DNA of 63,655 nucleotides, the filler included, from Neoconidiobolus thromboides FSU 785 (lineage: Eukaryota; Fungi; Entomophthoromycota), in NCBI GenBank assembly GCA_025603075.1. It is 7 parts of 7 records of this genome, joined end to end, with 100 filler letters (N's around TTAATTAATTAA, not from the genome) between each part and the next. Parts side by side here need not be neighbours in the genome. Positions count along the whole stretch, not along the records: positions 1 to 21,522 come from MU626543.1; positions 21,623 to 22,883 come from MU627006.1; positions 22,984 to 43,519 come from MU626551.1; 4 more parts are not named here. One strand, 5' to 3'. Below the pieces are notes generated by a model that saw nothing but the letters and a program-made list of their open reading frames with translations, was not told the origin of the DNA and did no database searches. The translations under genes were made by a program, and so were the position numbers. Below are positions 11,841 through 23,838 of this stretch, piece by piece; within the stretch, counting starts at the first letter, position 1, and each line of letters opens with the position of its first letter.

Positions 11841-12482
11841 ATTAGAAGCTTATTCAAGAGCGGTTGAGCTCTAAAGATTTAAGTTTATCAATTTTTGATT
11901 ATAGAGTTGATTGTTGAGTTTGGAATAATAAAATTGGCAAGTTATTTATAATACAATTTAATAATTCGTTTATTTTCGTGTCAAATAATGATTATAATAG
12001 CAAAGTTTATTAGGTTATATTTTATAGAAGAATTCTAATAACAAATTGAAGAAAATTTTAATATAATGTATTTTACTTTTACCAATATGACATTAAATTT
12101 TAATTGAAAAGTTTTTCATCTTTATAAGATCCTTTCTACTATTAAAAATTAACATAGATATAAACAAAATAGAAATTAGTAATTATGTATTATTGTTTCT
12201 AAATTTCTTAAAAGGAAAAACCCACAAATGCTTTATTAAGCTCAAATAAGATTTAATTCAATACAATAAAACCTAAGGCCCATTTAGAAGGAAGCCCTCC
12301 ACCTTTTTTTGTTTCCGATAATTTAACCAAGGATAGTGAGAATTAAGTACCAAGTGATTTTTCTCAGCAAAGAGGGAAAAGGGTGAGGGGTCTTGATGAC
12401 TCAAAATTAAAAAAAAGTCTTTTATATATCTCATAACCATGTGTTATTTAATATAATAAGCTAAATTAAGACAAACAACAAT

Positions 12483-12582
12483 TGGAGATTTTTCTTTTGA
12501 TTTCACTACTTTTCCATTTTTTGAGCACTATTTGAGTGGAAAAACTCTTAGTAAAATTCTTAAACAAAAAAATATATCCTCA
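12483..12582 (-). mobile_element. MITE copy 3' of the OPT gene
   Basis: Matches reverse-orientation consensus; ends degenerate. Confidence 0.75.
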
Positions 12583-12643
12583 ATTACTATTTTGAACAAA
12601 AATAAACTAAAATCAATATTTATTACTTTTTAAACAATAACTT

Positions 12644-14680
12644 TTAGCACTGTCCCTTTGGACAAGCAAAAGTCCAGGCTACTTTACTCTGTTCCAATCC
12701 AGAAATTGAAAAAATGGCATGAAATAAACCCCCAATACCTTCCCCTGCAATAAGTCCTGAGGCCAACGCTACACCCATTAAATTCCAATATTTTGGATTA
12801 ATTTTAGCCCAAACTAAAGCAATCAAAGCCCCAATTAAAAAAGCTAATGGGATATATGGTGTTGGACTAACAAAAGCAATACCTATGGCATTCCAATTTG
12901 GTAAGTAATTTTTATATTTTTTTAAATAACTTTTTTTTAGTATAGTAAATAGAATAGTTGATAGACCAAATATTAAACAAGCAATCTGACACGATTCGGG
13001 TACTGTTTTTAAAAAATCCGTAGTTAAAGCTAATGTGACACCAACCCATCCAGCCGCCCCTGGTACTGTATAGGGACAATTGTCCGAAGAATTATTGATA
13101 TCTAAAATACATGGATAAGCTGTAGCAAATAACATAAACAAAACAACAGCAATAATAACCCCAAACACAGATCCAACTAATTGAGCATAAAATTGTGATT
13201 TGGGTGAGACATGTAATAAATGACCGGTTTTTAAGTCACCTACCATATCCACTGTTTGTTGACTACATGCGGCAGCTAGTACGCCAGCAATAATATTATT
13301 CGTTTGTTTGGTTTGGATGTCAATGGCATTTATCTTAGCAAAGCAAAACTGAGATGCTTTACCAATCACTCCTGTGGGATTGATATCCGTTTCTCCAGCT
13401 GCTTGACACCCAATGAAGGAAAAGATGAAACCTAGTAAGGCAGCTAAGATGCCTGCCCCGATAAACATATTAAAATAAAATCTCAAAACTAAAACAGTTA
13501 ATAATAGGGAAGCTAATGTACCAGATAACCACATCCACAAAGGTATTTGATCTTCATCTTTAACAGGATCTAAATTATCTTGACCATAAAAGGCTCTTTT
13601 TTTTATAGGAAATAGATAAGCTAATAGATTATTGAATTGAATCAACATAGATTTAATAGCACCTAAGATAGTCTTATAATCCATAAATAATTCGGTAAAG
13701 GAAGATGATAACATGATGACTATTCCTACCCAAACACACCAAGATTGTACAGTAGCCCCTTCTTTTTTATAACCCCAAGGCTTGGTAATATTGACATCAG
13801 AGGTAGTATAAAATAATATAGGTCCAATGATGCCCCATGCTAACACATCCCCAATAAAAAAAGAAATGGAAGTATTTAATCCAACCATCATACCCGCCCC
13901 AAAGAAAGCAGTAGTAATTTGTAGATGCCATTTCCAAAAAGGATCAATTAGTTGAAGTATAGTTGAATTTGTTGGTATAGATAACCAATAGAATAGATGC
14001 ATATCTAATAGAAATGGAATAAAATACCCAACTGTTTTGTATATTATAGAAAATACAAAAGAGCCTAAAATCCATTTTGTTTTTACTTTGGCTTCAATAC
14101 CATCTTTTGCATGTAATGAACGAATAGTTAGTGCTGCTGCTGTAGGTGAAGGAAACACTAATTTTCTTTGAATAATAAATAACTTCCTTAATGGCACTGC
14201 AAAAAATAAACCATAGAAACCAGCTGCAATGGTCCACATAAATAATAACTCCCAACACTCTTGAACTGGAGGCAGTAACTTCATTCTAAATAAAGCTGGT
14301 ATACCACCTACGTAGCCAGCGAATAAACCACCAGCTGTAGTAGCGGCTGTTTGTATAGTACAATTTTCTTTTATTCCAAAAGCACCCCCTAGGAGATAAG
14401 GGGGAAGTTTGGAGATTGGTTTGAGAATGGCATAGCCGAGAATCGAACCAAAGATAGAGGCAGAAAAAGACCAGCCTGCTTTCATACCAAGATACATGTT
14501 ACTTGTAGCAATGATACAACCGAGCAAGGAACCCAATATGGAGGCACGCCAAGTGAATTCAGTTGGGATATCATCGTCTTCATGGTCCTCGTAGTGGTCA
14601 TGAGAAGTGATTGGAAGGTCAATGTAATATTTATCATTATTTGAGGGATGATTAATGATGGATGAGGGTTTCTGTGTCAT
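12644..14680 (-). CDS. OPT-family oligopeptide transporter (YSL-like clade), intronless
   Basis: 678 aa polytopic membrane protein with FTWRASILG, KENCTIQTAAT, FPSPTAAA, DLKTGHLL and GLIAGEG motifs. Confidence 0.93.
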   Translation of the reverse strand: MTQKPSSIINHPSNNDKYYIDLPITSHDHYEDHEDDDIPTEFTWRASILGSLLGCIIATSNMYLGMKAGWSFSASIFGSILGYAILKPISKLPPYLLGGAFGIKENCTIQTAATTAGGLFAGYVGGIPALFRMKLLPPVQECWELLFMWTIAAGFYGLFFAVPLRKLFIIQRKLVFPSPTAAALTIRSLHAKDGIEAKVKTKWILGSFVFSIIYKTVGYFIPFLLDMHLFYWLSIPTNSTILQLIDPFWKWHLQITTAFFGAGMMVGLNTSISFFIGDVLAWGIIGPILFYTTSDVNITKPWGYKKEGATVQSWCVWVGIVIMLSSSFTELFMDYKTILGAIKSMLIQFNNLLAYLFPIKKRAFYGQDNLDPVKDEDQIPLWMWLSGTLASLLLTVLVLRFYFNMFIGAGILAALLGFIFSFIGCQAAGETDINPTGVIGKASQFCFAKINAIDIQTKQTNNIIAGVLAAACSQQTVDMVGDLKTGHLLHVSPKSQFYAQLVGSVFGVIIAVVLFMLFATAYPCILDINNSSDNCPYTVPGAAGWVGVTLALTTDFLKTVPESCQIACLIFGLSTILFTILKKSYLKKYKNYLPNWNAIGIAFVSPTPYIPLAFLIGALIALVWAKINPKYWNLMGVALASGLIAGEGIGGLFHAIFSISGLEQSKVAWTFACPKGQC

Positions 14681-15319
14681 TTTGATAAATTAAAGAAGGA
14701 AAAGTGAAATGCAATTGTTGATTTTATATACATGAAACGGAAATATTTTTACTAAATTTGGAATGTTTCTAGAAATTCTAGAAATTCTAATAAGAAATGG
14801 GTTCTATCCTTGAGTTTTATATGCGGAAATAATGAGTTAGAATGTCTTTTCTTTATAAATTGTTTTAGGATGATTGGACAATGTGACTTAATTGGTTATC
14901 TAATCCTTATTATAACTCAAAGATTAATAAAACAATCTTTTTTATACTTTTTTCTTTAATATGATTATGGAAGTTATTATTAATGTATATTTAATTCATT
15001 AAATAATAATAATACAGGAGAATTAATAGCAAAGGGTTCTTTCTATTTTATTAACTGGAGGTATGATAACAAAAAAATATTAAATTTCAAAATTAATAAA
15101 AGGACTTAATGAAAATTATTTGATAACTTTTATTATTTCCATTTTGTTCCAAAGATTCGAGATTTATTTTTCTAAATTCTACTTTATTCTTTTAAGAATA
15201 ACTTCTAAAGTCCCCATTTTGGAGTTTATTTATTAAGTGGATTCTAATGAATTTATTAATATAATAAAATAAACATAAAAGATATTTATAATTTAATTTT
15301 AATGACTTCATATTTATTA

Positions 15320-17119
15320 TTAAAACTCATCAAACCCATCCACAATCATTTTGGTAGTATCATCCAATGTAGATTTATCAATTATTAATTTAGAGTATTT
15401 ATCGAATAAATAAGAATTATTTTCAATATCAAATAAGCTAATTTTATTACCATTTAGTTTAACTTTGAGTTTTGAATTCCTACACTTCTTTAAACAATCG
15501 AATAATTTCTTTATTCCATGAATAGTAATTTGATTGTTAGAAAGATCAATTAAATGTAATGAAGTATCGATTAAATAGTTTATCAGATATTCTATATCAA
15601 TATCAGTAATTCGACTTGAAGGTATACAAATTTGCTTCAAATTTTTGATATCTGAAAATAATTTAAAAAAAGGTGCAGCAATTTCTTTAAATTTACAACC
15701 TTTAAAATCTAATTTTAATACATTTAATTTAGAATGTTGAAATAAGCTAGATAATTGGTATAAACTAGAGGGATTAGCTAAATATAAGCCAAATAAATTT
15801 AATTCCTTTAAATTGTCAATTTGATTTAAATGACTTAATAAATTAGAGATTAAATCTAACTCAATTTCAAATTGTGATAAATTAATAATTTCTAGTTTCT
15901 TGTGTTGTGATATACTTTTCAATAACTTACACATACTTTCATTATCTTCATTTTCAATACCTACTTTATCTAAATTTAGTTCCATTAAAGTAACATTCTT
16001 GCTTAATCCAATACTTAATTTTACTAAAAATTCCTTAATAATATAACTATTTGATAAACTTAATACTTTTAATTGACAATTAGGATGACTTAATAATTCT
16101 ATTAAGATGTCTCCAATAGTATCATTTAATATAACATTCTCCAGATATAATTCGTTAAAATAGAAACTACCAATTAAATTCTTAAATAAAATGAAATAAC
16201 AGTCATCTTTTAATTGACAATTGATTAATTTGATTGTTTTTAATTGAATCTTATTAAATAGTTGATTAATAATATTACTTGATTCATAGCTTAATGTTGT
16301 ACTTAATAATATGAGCTCTTTAATATTGCTCTTCATATTGTTGCTAACATCCTTTTTATTAAAAATAACCTGTTTATTCACTAATAATAAAGCTTTAAAA
16401 TAAGGAATCAACTCCTTTTTACTATAATTAAAGTTACAAAAATAAAAACCTAAACTACTAATCTTGTCATTAAATATTAAATCAAACACACAATTTTCTT
16501 CTTTATGCTTTATCCGATGACTTAACTTTTCTAAATCTAAATGATGATACTGAATTGTATTCAAACGAAATATTGGATCATTTAAATATTCATTCTTTTC
16601 ATAAAAATCAACAAAATTTAACTTTATACTCTCAATACCTTTAATTATCAATTTAGTAAAATAAATTAATTCCATATCATCACAATTAAATTTAAGCTCC
16701 TTATTAATCGTCGTTTCTGTTAACCAAACTTTAAAAAATAAATTGAAATAAATATTAAAAAAAGTTAATCGAAACTCCTTAAAACTAACTACAGCAGTGT
16801 TTTCTACATTCACTAATTTCAATAAATAACACAGCTCTTTTCGCCATAAATATTGTAAATAGTTATCCAAATTAGTTTTTCCTTTCCATTTATTGACTAT
16901 AAATAACTCTATCAATTTATTTACACGTTGCTTTTCTTTGATATTGAGGTTACTATTTGTGTTGATTTCTTTTAATTCAAAATAATGAATTAATTTTAAT
17001 TGTGTTAATATGTCTTTAATGAGGCGATCATTTAACCGAAATAGTAATTGGGTATTAAGCTTTATTAGCGAATAATTGGAGATTGTTTCTAATACTACTG
17101 ACTTTAGACTTGGGATCAT
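15320..17119 (-). CDS. RNI-like leucine-rich-repeat protein
   Basis: 599 aa; repeated LxxLxLxxN/C units (LKVLSLSNS, LMELNLDKV, LHLIDLSNNQI). Confidence 0.8.
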   Translation of the reverse strand: MIPSLKSVVLETISNYSLIKLNTQLLFRLNDRLIKDILTQLKLIHYFELKEINTNSNLNIKEKQRVNKLIELFIVNKWKGKTNLDNYLQYLWRKELCYLLKLVNVENTAVVSFKEFRLTFFNIYFNLFFKVWLTETTINKELKFNCDDMELIYFTKLIIKGIESIKLNFVDFYEKNEYLNDPIFRLNTIQYHHLDLEKLSHRIKHKEENCVFDLIFNDKISSLGFYFCNFNYSKKELIPYFKALLLVNKQVIFNKKDVSNNMKSNIKELILLSTTLSYESSNIINQLFNKIQLKTIKLINCQLKDDCYFILFKNLIGSFYFNELYLENVILNDTIGDILIELLSHPNCQLKVLSLSNSYIIKEFLVKLSIGLSKNVTLMELNLDKVGIENEDNESMCKLLKSISQHKKLEIINLSQFEIELDLISNLLSHLNQIDNLKELNLFGLYLANPSSLYQLSSLFQHSKLNVLKLDFKGCKFKEIAAPFFKLFSDIKNLKQICIPSSRITDIDIEYLINYLIDTSLHLIDLSNNQITIHGIKKLFDCLKKCRNSKLKVKLNGNKISLFDIENNSYLFDKYSKLIIDKSTLDDTTKMIVDGFDEF

Positions 17120-17384
17120 TATTTTTGTATTGCTTTTTAATTGATTGCTATTATTTATACTCTTTTAATGATTAAAAAGAATAAAAACAAAATAATCAAA
17201 CAACCATTATTATATTATTTATTTTGCAACCTAATTTGTGCAAAAATTCATATTTAAATGCCACTTTATGAAGCATAAGTTTAAAAACGTGATGTAAAAA
17301 GATCTTAAAATTAAGGGGTCTAAAATTGATCAAAGCAGATAACAGAAAATCAACACTTATTTTTGTTATAAATATAAAAAAAAA

Positions 17385-19728
17385 ATGCCATCTACCAATT
17401 TGTCTGTCTTTTGGTGTCATCAATGTTTAACCGAAATTAATCCTATGTATATACCAGATCCAACCTGTCCACTTTGTCATGGTAGTTTTGTAGAAAAGGT
17501 AAGTTTTAGTTAAGCTTTATTGCCTCAATTTTTAAAATATTAATAATCTCCAATTAAAGATAGAAGAAGGTGACGCCCCAATTGATTTTATGTTTGATAA
17601 TTATAGTTCACAAAGAACGGATACTAATAATGAATTTTATCAAAATCATCCTTTTCAATTAATCTTTGATACTGTCTTGAGTTATATACAAGAACCTACA
17701 AACCAAACAGTTAACGTCAATACAACTAATCAAAGCGATGATTCTGTAATTATATTAAATGATTCAGATGATGGATTACCTCCTTTACCTGAACCATTGC
17801 CTGAGGATGAAAGAGAAGAGGCGTCACCATTTGTAGAAGGAGTAGATATTCAAAACACCAGTTCTAATGAATCAATTACTACTAATATGTTTAATACAAT
17901 TAACAATTATATTTCTGGATTTGGTACTAGTAATGTTCGATCTCAAACTGAAGCCAATCCAATATCTCAGCTTCATCCTAGAATGGATAATAACAATCGA
18001 AGAAATCAACAAGTTTATCAAAGATTAAATAGAAGCAGGCTATCCCCATTATACCCTGATCCAATCGATATATCAGAAGATAGAAACGATTTATTAAATT
18101 TATCCGATAATGATACTTCTTCCAATAATAGTAATAATTCGAATTTATTTCATCAAATGGAACAACAGTATTTAACGATTCGAGAAAATCGAACAAGGAG
18201 CCAAGGTGATATAGGTGATGATCAAAGTGATAATTCAGATATTCAAATTATTAGTGAAAGTAGGAGAAGAGAAGACTCGGATGTTCAGTTTGTAAGTGAA
18301 AGCAGAAATAATAGGAGTAGGAATAGAAATAGAAACAGGGATAGAAGAAGGAGTTTTGAAGCTGAAATTGATGATGACTTAAATCGAGTTAGGGAGTTAG
18401 ATTATACTCTTGATAATGATAATAATGAAAGAAATCGTAATAGAAATACAAGGTATTTTAATGATCCTATAGCTATCGGGGATGATGAGGATGAAGAAGA
18501 AGTATATATTCCTCATGAAAATGCATTATATTATTCACCAGAAAGAAATTTAAGTCATAGGTAAATTAAATTTATATATTTAAAAACAATGGATTTAATT
18601 TTTAATAAATAGACGTAACCAACGTCGGTTATCTTCAAGAGCTTATTTTGCTTGGGATGCTAATCAAGATATTATTAGTCCAGAAAATGAAATTGAAAAT
18701 GATCCTATTTTATCAAGTGGGGATAATAGGTAAATGAAGTTGCTTTATATTCATAATAATAATAGTAATATGAATGACAATTAATAATAAATATTAATAG
18801 TCCTATTCGAGAAAATTTTGGTTTAAATGAAAGTCGAACTCATCGGTAAGTTTTCGTTTTAACGAAAACTAACTTAAAGGATTAACAGGTTTTAGATTAA
18901 CCCGACAAAATGCTAATCTGGGTCAAATTTTGAGTAACAGGTAAAGAATGGATTTATTTAGATACAAATCAAGCAGAACTAAATTAACTTATAACCTAGT
19001 TTACCACGTCAAGATATTAATTTAGGTATAGAAGACGAAATTGATAGGTAAAATAAAATAAAAAACAAAAGTTAATTAATCAATAATAATTTACAGCCCC
19101 ACTCTTGAAGATGAAAGTCCAAGTTATAGCAGTATATTTGAATTAATAAGAAGAGTAACTGGAATTGTTGGTAATCCACGGGATTATGTGAATGGTAATC
19201 AAGCTTTTGATAATGTTGTTTCTCAATTATTAGAACAATCAAGAGGGTAAGTTATTAGATCTTTCAACTTATTTATTTCAATTCCAATTTACAAAATAAT
19301 TCATATAGTACTAATTTACCACCCCCAGCCAGTTTAGATATAATTAAAAATTTACCGAAAATTCAGGTTTGTTCTAATAATGGTAAGTAAATATCTTCTA
19401 GTTAAATGTAATTTTTTTAAAATTTTGTTAGTTTTAATATTAATCTTAATTTCAAATTAATCCTTTTTTTCTACATTTTAGCTTACCCTGATGAATGTGC
19501 AGTATGTAAAGATGAATATAAACAATATGATATGGTTACTACTTTACCTTGTTTACACATTTACCATTTTCCATGTATTGAATCTTGGTTATTAAGAAAT
19601 GGTACTTGTCCTATTTGGTAAGTTAATTACAATTAATATGAATTTTATAGTTATATTTATTTTAATAATTTTTTTTTTCTATTTTTAGTCGCTTTTCACT
19701 TCTAGAAAATCAAGTAAATTCACCATAA
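17385..19728 (+). CDS. RING-H2 E3 ubiquitin ligase, RNF115/RNF126-like, about 10 exons
   Basis: Exon 1 (17385-17498) WCHQC...CPLCHGSFVE zinc ribbon; C-terminal CAVCKDEY...LPCLHIYHFPCIESWL...CPIC; GT-AG introns; stop at 19726-19728. Confidence 0.9.
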
Positions 19729-20356
19729 ATAGTTAGTGAATAGTTAGTTTGAAGAATGAGTAATGAGTTATTTATTAGTTGCTTTGTTAGAAGTATGGAT
19801 CTATATTAAGTATGATTGTTTTTAGTTATTGATATAAAGCTTTAGTTTATTTTATTGTAATGCTAGCTTATTTTAGTTACAAATATTATCAGTTTTAATA
19901 ATATCAATTTTTATAATATTATGGATTTTATTTTATAATGATTGAAAAATGAATTTTTTAAAGGAGTTTGATTTTATTGTTTTTAAAGACCAAATATTTG
20001 ACTTATTTATAGCTATCAAATGTTCATGTTTTTATTTTAGTTGCCTTGTATAAATCGGTTTGATTTTAATATATTAAATATATTTGTTTATAATACAATT
20101 ATTTTTTAGAATATACTAAAATAAAAGTCCAAACCCAATATTCGAATGAATTATAAAATAATAGAATAAAACAGTTGAAAAATAAAATAGCTGAAATTTA
20201 ATAAAACTCCTTTTTAATATTACTTTCATAAAACTAGATTTTGCTATAATAAGTATTTCTATAATTTTATGATTTTTAAGCTAAGTCTAAAACTTACCAA
20301 CTAGCTTTTAACTTAGTTTATTTAAATGAAATCTTTAATTTAATATAAACAAATTT

Positions 20357-20620
20357 TTTAACCACTTGAATACCATGAGTGAGCTCTGCTTGCCAAATTT
20401 TTGTTAATGAAAATTCAATTATGACGAACTTGTGCGGTTTAAATTAATTAACCCTTTGAATGTTGAGTTTCAAAAAGTACCAATCTAATTACCATAGAAT
20501 AAATTAGACATCATGATCTACTTAAACACTAAAAATTTGAGAAGTCTGATACTCAAAGGATTAAACAAAATTTTGTTCAATAGTAGAAATATTTGTTGGA
20601 TTGTTTTTGTTCATTATTAA
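20357..20620 (+). pseudogene. Possible decayed LRR/F-box-LRR fragment
   Basis: One frame with several stops containing LxxLxL units (HLNTMSELCL, NLRSLILKG). Confidence 0.25.
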
Positions 20621-21184
20621 AAAATATCAATGATTAAAATTAAACTAACTTAGCTAAGATCTTTATTATGACTAAGTACAATAAAACAACTAGAATTGTC
20701 TATTTTTTTGAAATATTATTAATAAGGAAATAACGTTAATAGTCAAAACGTTTAATTTCTATTTAGAATGAATTTAGAATTAGTTGACTTTTTCAAAACA
20801 AATCTAATGAATTTAATTAAACTTTATTTTTGCAACTAATTTTGTAACATAAACTTCATTTTCTATGAAATTTAAACTTTTAAGCAACTTCATAGGCTTA
20901 TTTATTCTGTTAAACTCTGTAGGCGATAAATCTTGAAAATTTAACCATAGTAATTATATAATGAATTCATAAATTTCCAAAAATTAACTAAAGTTAAAAA
21001 CTCAAATCCAAGCGCAGTAATTAATTTGCTTGCTCTACTCCGGCTAAAACGCTTCGGCGATAATTTTGACTCAAAATAAAGACAACAATGAAATCGTTGA
21101 TCATTTAACGATACTGATAACCCGACAAAGTTTTTTCTTTGAATAGTATATAAAGCTAAAAAAATGATGACATAGATATCATTA

Positions 21185-21522
21185 AAAAAATTTCGACTAT
21201 GCTAAGTAATACATTATTAGTAATCCCAGTTCAACAATCCACTCATTTAATTCAACATGGTATTGTTGGCATTGGTATGAGAGCCATGTGTAAGTGCTGT
21301 TTTAAAGTTCTTTTTTATCTTAATAACTTTATTAAATAGTGATAAATGGACGTGCATTATCTACTTCAAGTGTTAAAAAACCAGTAAATTTTAAGGTTAA
21401 TGATGAGTATTTAAAATCATTCAACAATCAACAAGTACGTGATTATCATAATAGTAACCATCGTAAAGATTATGATTTTTCTTATTCAAAAGATCGAAAT
21501 AGATGGTATGATCAACCAGAAG
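21185..21522 (+). repeat. Right arm of the inverted repeat bounding contig 1-21522
   Basis: Reverse complement of 1-338. Confidence 0.95.
21199..21522 (+). CDS. 5' fragment of a hypothetical protein (exons 21199-21289, 21340-21522; truncated by contig end)
   Basis: ATG, GTAAGT...TAG intron, open to the gap; TATATAAA about 45 bp upstream. Confidence 0.7.
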
Positions 21523-21622
21523 NNNNNNNNNNNNNNNNNNNNNNNNNNNNNNNNNNNNNNNNNNNNTTAATTAATTAANNNNNNNNNNNNNNNNNNNNNN
21601 NNNNNNNNNNNNNNNNNNNNNN
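21523..21622. other. Artificial contig-joining spacer
   Basis: Exactly 100 bp: N-run + TTAATTAATTAA (stops in all six frames) + N-run. Confidence 0.97.
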
Positions 21623-21944
21623 TAATAATAGTTTTTACATATTATTACAGTTACTTGTTCTTTGACTATTTATTAACTTAGCTATTAATAACTTAAGTAA
21701 TCTTAACATTTAATAATTAACTTATATTACTTAATAAGCTATTTGCTTAGTAAATATCGAAATTTTTAAATTCTGTTATTTTCGTAAGATAAGCTGGGAT
21801 TGATCTTTTGATTTTCCTATTTTCTATAGACTCTATAACTCTAATTGAAACTATATTGCTTTTTTTAATCTATCAGATACTGGATAACAATGCAATTTAT
21901 TGTTGCGCTTAATAAAATGTAAATACTTTTCAATGCCTTGTATT
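21623..21944 (+). repeat. ~320-bp dispersed repeat abutting a solo LTR
   Basis: Aligns by eye with 58717-59044. Confidence 0.75.
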
Positions 21945-22407
21945 TGTGAAATATTGCTTTGTCAGCTCTATAATTGATTATAGCATAATAATCATTCAAG
22001 TTTTTGTGCTCTTGAGTTCAGAGAAAATCAATCCCATGCCCTTAGTTTGATTTACTATGATAATTTCTGACCTCATCCCAAAGAATGCTGTCTTTTCGTT
22101 TTGATATCTGTACTTTTCAGAGTATAAAAGAGATCTTAGAACATAGTAACTCGAGGCTTTTTAACTGAATTATTCCCTAATATTTCGTACATTTAATAAA
22201 GCCTCTAAGTTTGCTTAATAGCATTTTATGTAGATTTTATATTAGTATTATCTATTCTATTTGTTTTACATAGCTTGTAGTATATTATGTACTATTCTTC
22301 ATAGCTCAAGTCTATCTTAGTCACATAAACTAAGGCCTTTCGACTTATGGCTAGTCAACTAAGCAAGAACTGCTTTTGACCATAACTACTGAGTATCAGA
22401 TTTAATA
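21945..22407 (+). mobile_element. LTR copy (same family as 8423-8883)
   Basis: TGTGAAATATTGCTTTGTCAG start; colinear with the 8423 copy; 3' end mutated (ATTTAATA). Confidence 0.75.
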
Positions 22408-22412
22408 CCGGA

Positions 22413-22500
22413 ACATGTTTTGTGTTTAAAAATTTTACTAACAACCTTTCCACTCAAACAGTGCTTAAAAAGCGGAAAAAGTAATAGAACAAAAAAACAT
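22413..22500 (+). mobile_element. Degenerate MITE copy directly after the LTR
   Basis: Core tttactaacaa...ccactcaaacagtgcttaaaaagcggaaaaag matches consensus; ends eroded. Confidence 0.6.
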
Positions 22501-22724
22501 ATTGAATACTTTATTTTTATTTTTATTTTGCAAATAACTAAACTTTACTTTTTATATTTTATTTACTTATACTCATCTTCTGATAACTTGGTTCTTATTA
22601 TTTTATACACATATTTTCAAATTAACATTTAAAATTTAAAAAACATTAATTTAAAATAAAATATTTACAACTTTTATAAAATTAAGCTCATTATAAATTT
22701 AATTAATACTTTTTAAAAAACATA

Positions 22725-22824
22725 TGTGGGTGTTTCTTTAGCTTGATCGCTTTTTCTATCTTTTAGGTGCTATTTAAGCAGAAGAATCTTTAGTAAAATC
22801 ATTATGTACAAAAACACATCACTA
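22725..22824 (-). mobile_element. Degenerate MITE copy followed by TA and the start of another copy
   Basis: Reverse-orientation consensus; followed by ta-tggggctgt at 22825-22835. Confidence 0.6.
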
Positions 22825-22883
22825 TATGGGGCTGTCCTAATTGGTTTCAGAATCTACTTAGAAATTAATCCAAATTTAAAATT

Positions 22884-22983
22884 NNNNNNNNNNNNNNNNN
22901 NNNNNNNNNNNNNNNNNNNNNNNNNNNTTAATTAATTAANNNNNNNNNNNNNNNNNNNNNNNNNNNNNNNNNNNNNNNNNNNN
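22884..22983. other. Artificial contig-joining spacer
   Basis: 100 bp N/TTAATTAATTAA/N. Confidence 0.97.
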
Positions 22984-23279
22984 AATTTTTGAAAAAATAC
23001 AGCAATTATATACCTAACTTTGGGGTTATGGGCTTAGCCTTCTGTGTTCCTCAACCAGCTGTTCCTATTACGCTTTCTATAGGCGCTATATTTGGATATT
23101 TCTGGAATAAACGTAATCCAGAGAGTCATAGTCTTCTAATGATGTCAATTGCAGCAGGGATGATAGGTGGAGAAGGAATCGGTGGATTAGTAACAGCTAT
23201 ATTAACTATTGCTGGAGTTGATCAAGGAAAATATGCTGTAGGGTTCGGATGTCCCGAAAATAATCCAAAAAGATGTTAA
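22984..23279 (+). CDS. 3' fragment of a second OPT-family transporter
   Basis: KKYSNYIPN...AAGMIGGEGIGGL...FGCP aligns with the C-terminus of 12644-14680. Confidence 0.85.
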
Positions 23280-23739
23280 TTTGATGGAATAATTCATTTG
23301 TTATTTGTTCTTTAATTGTTTTGTACTCTTTTTACTACCTGTTTTTTATATACTATTACAATTGAATAGAGACCATATAGTCTACATATTTCAATCCTAA
23401 TAATAAAAATAATTTAAACTTTTTAAACTTTAAACCTTTTACTAAAACATTAGTACACATTAGTTTTAAATACTTGAATAAGTAAGTTTAAAAGCTTGCT
23501 TTAATTGGAATTTTCTAATTTCACTTTTTGTCCATTTTCTATTTAACTTAGAAACTATCAAGTAAGGCTGGACAAAAAAACATTTCAGTATGGATTATCT
23601 TAATTTTAAGCAAAAAGGCAAATATTTCTATAGTATGATGTTTAATTTGTCTTTTCTAAAAATCTAAAATTAGATAAAGTTTGAACTAAGCTCTCAAACT
23701 AACTCACACATAAATTGTTTTTAACAAAATACAAGTACA

Positions 23740-23838
23740 TGGGGCTGTTTTTTTTGGTTTCATTATTTTTCCATTTTTTAAGCACTATTTGAGTGGAAAG
23801 ATTGTAGTAAAATTCTTAAACAAAAAAATACATCCCCA
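23740..23838 (-). mobile_element. ~100-bp MITE copy
   Basis: TGGGG...CCCCA with CA on both flanks. Confidence 0.85.

Noticed and set aside
14767-14789. TTCTAGAAA tandem upstream of the OPT gene as a heat-shock element
   Set aside because: GAA-TTC spacing is 1 nt rather than 2, so only isolated dyads; more simply a 9-bp duplication.
1-21522. TIR-bounded contigs as giant transposons, Polintons or linear plasmids
   Set aside because: No intact transposase, integrase, polB or capsid gene; the arms are ordinary spliced or secreted host genes and the interior is housekeeping content.
21567-21578. Recurrent TTAATTAATTAA palindrome
   Set aside because: Always centred in an exactly 100-bp N spacer; it is an artificial six-frame-stop linker. 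ORFs ending ...XXXLIN are artefacts of it.
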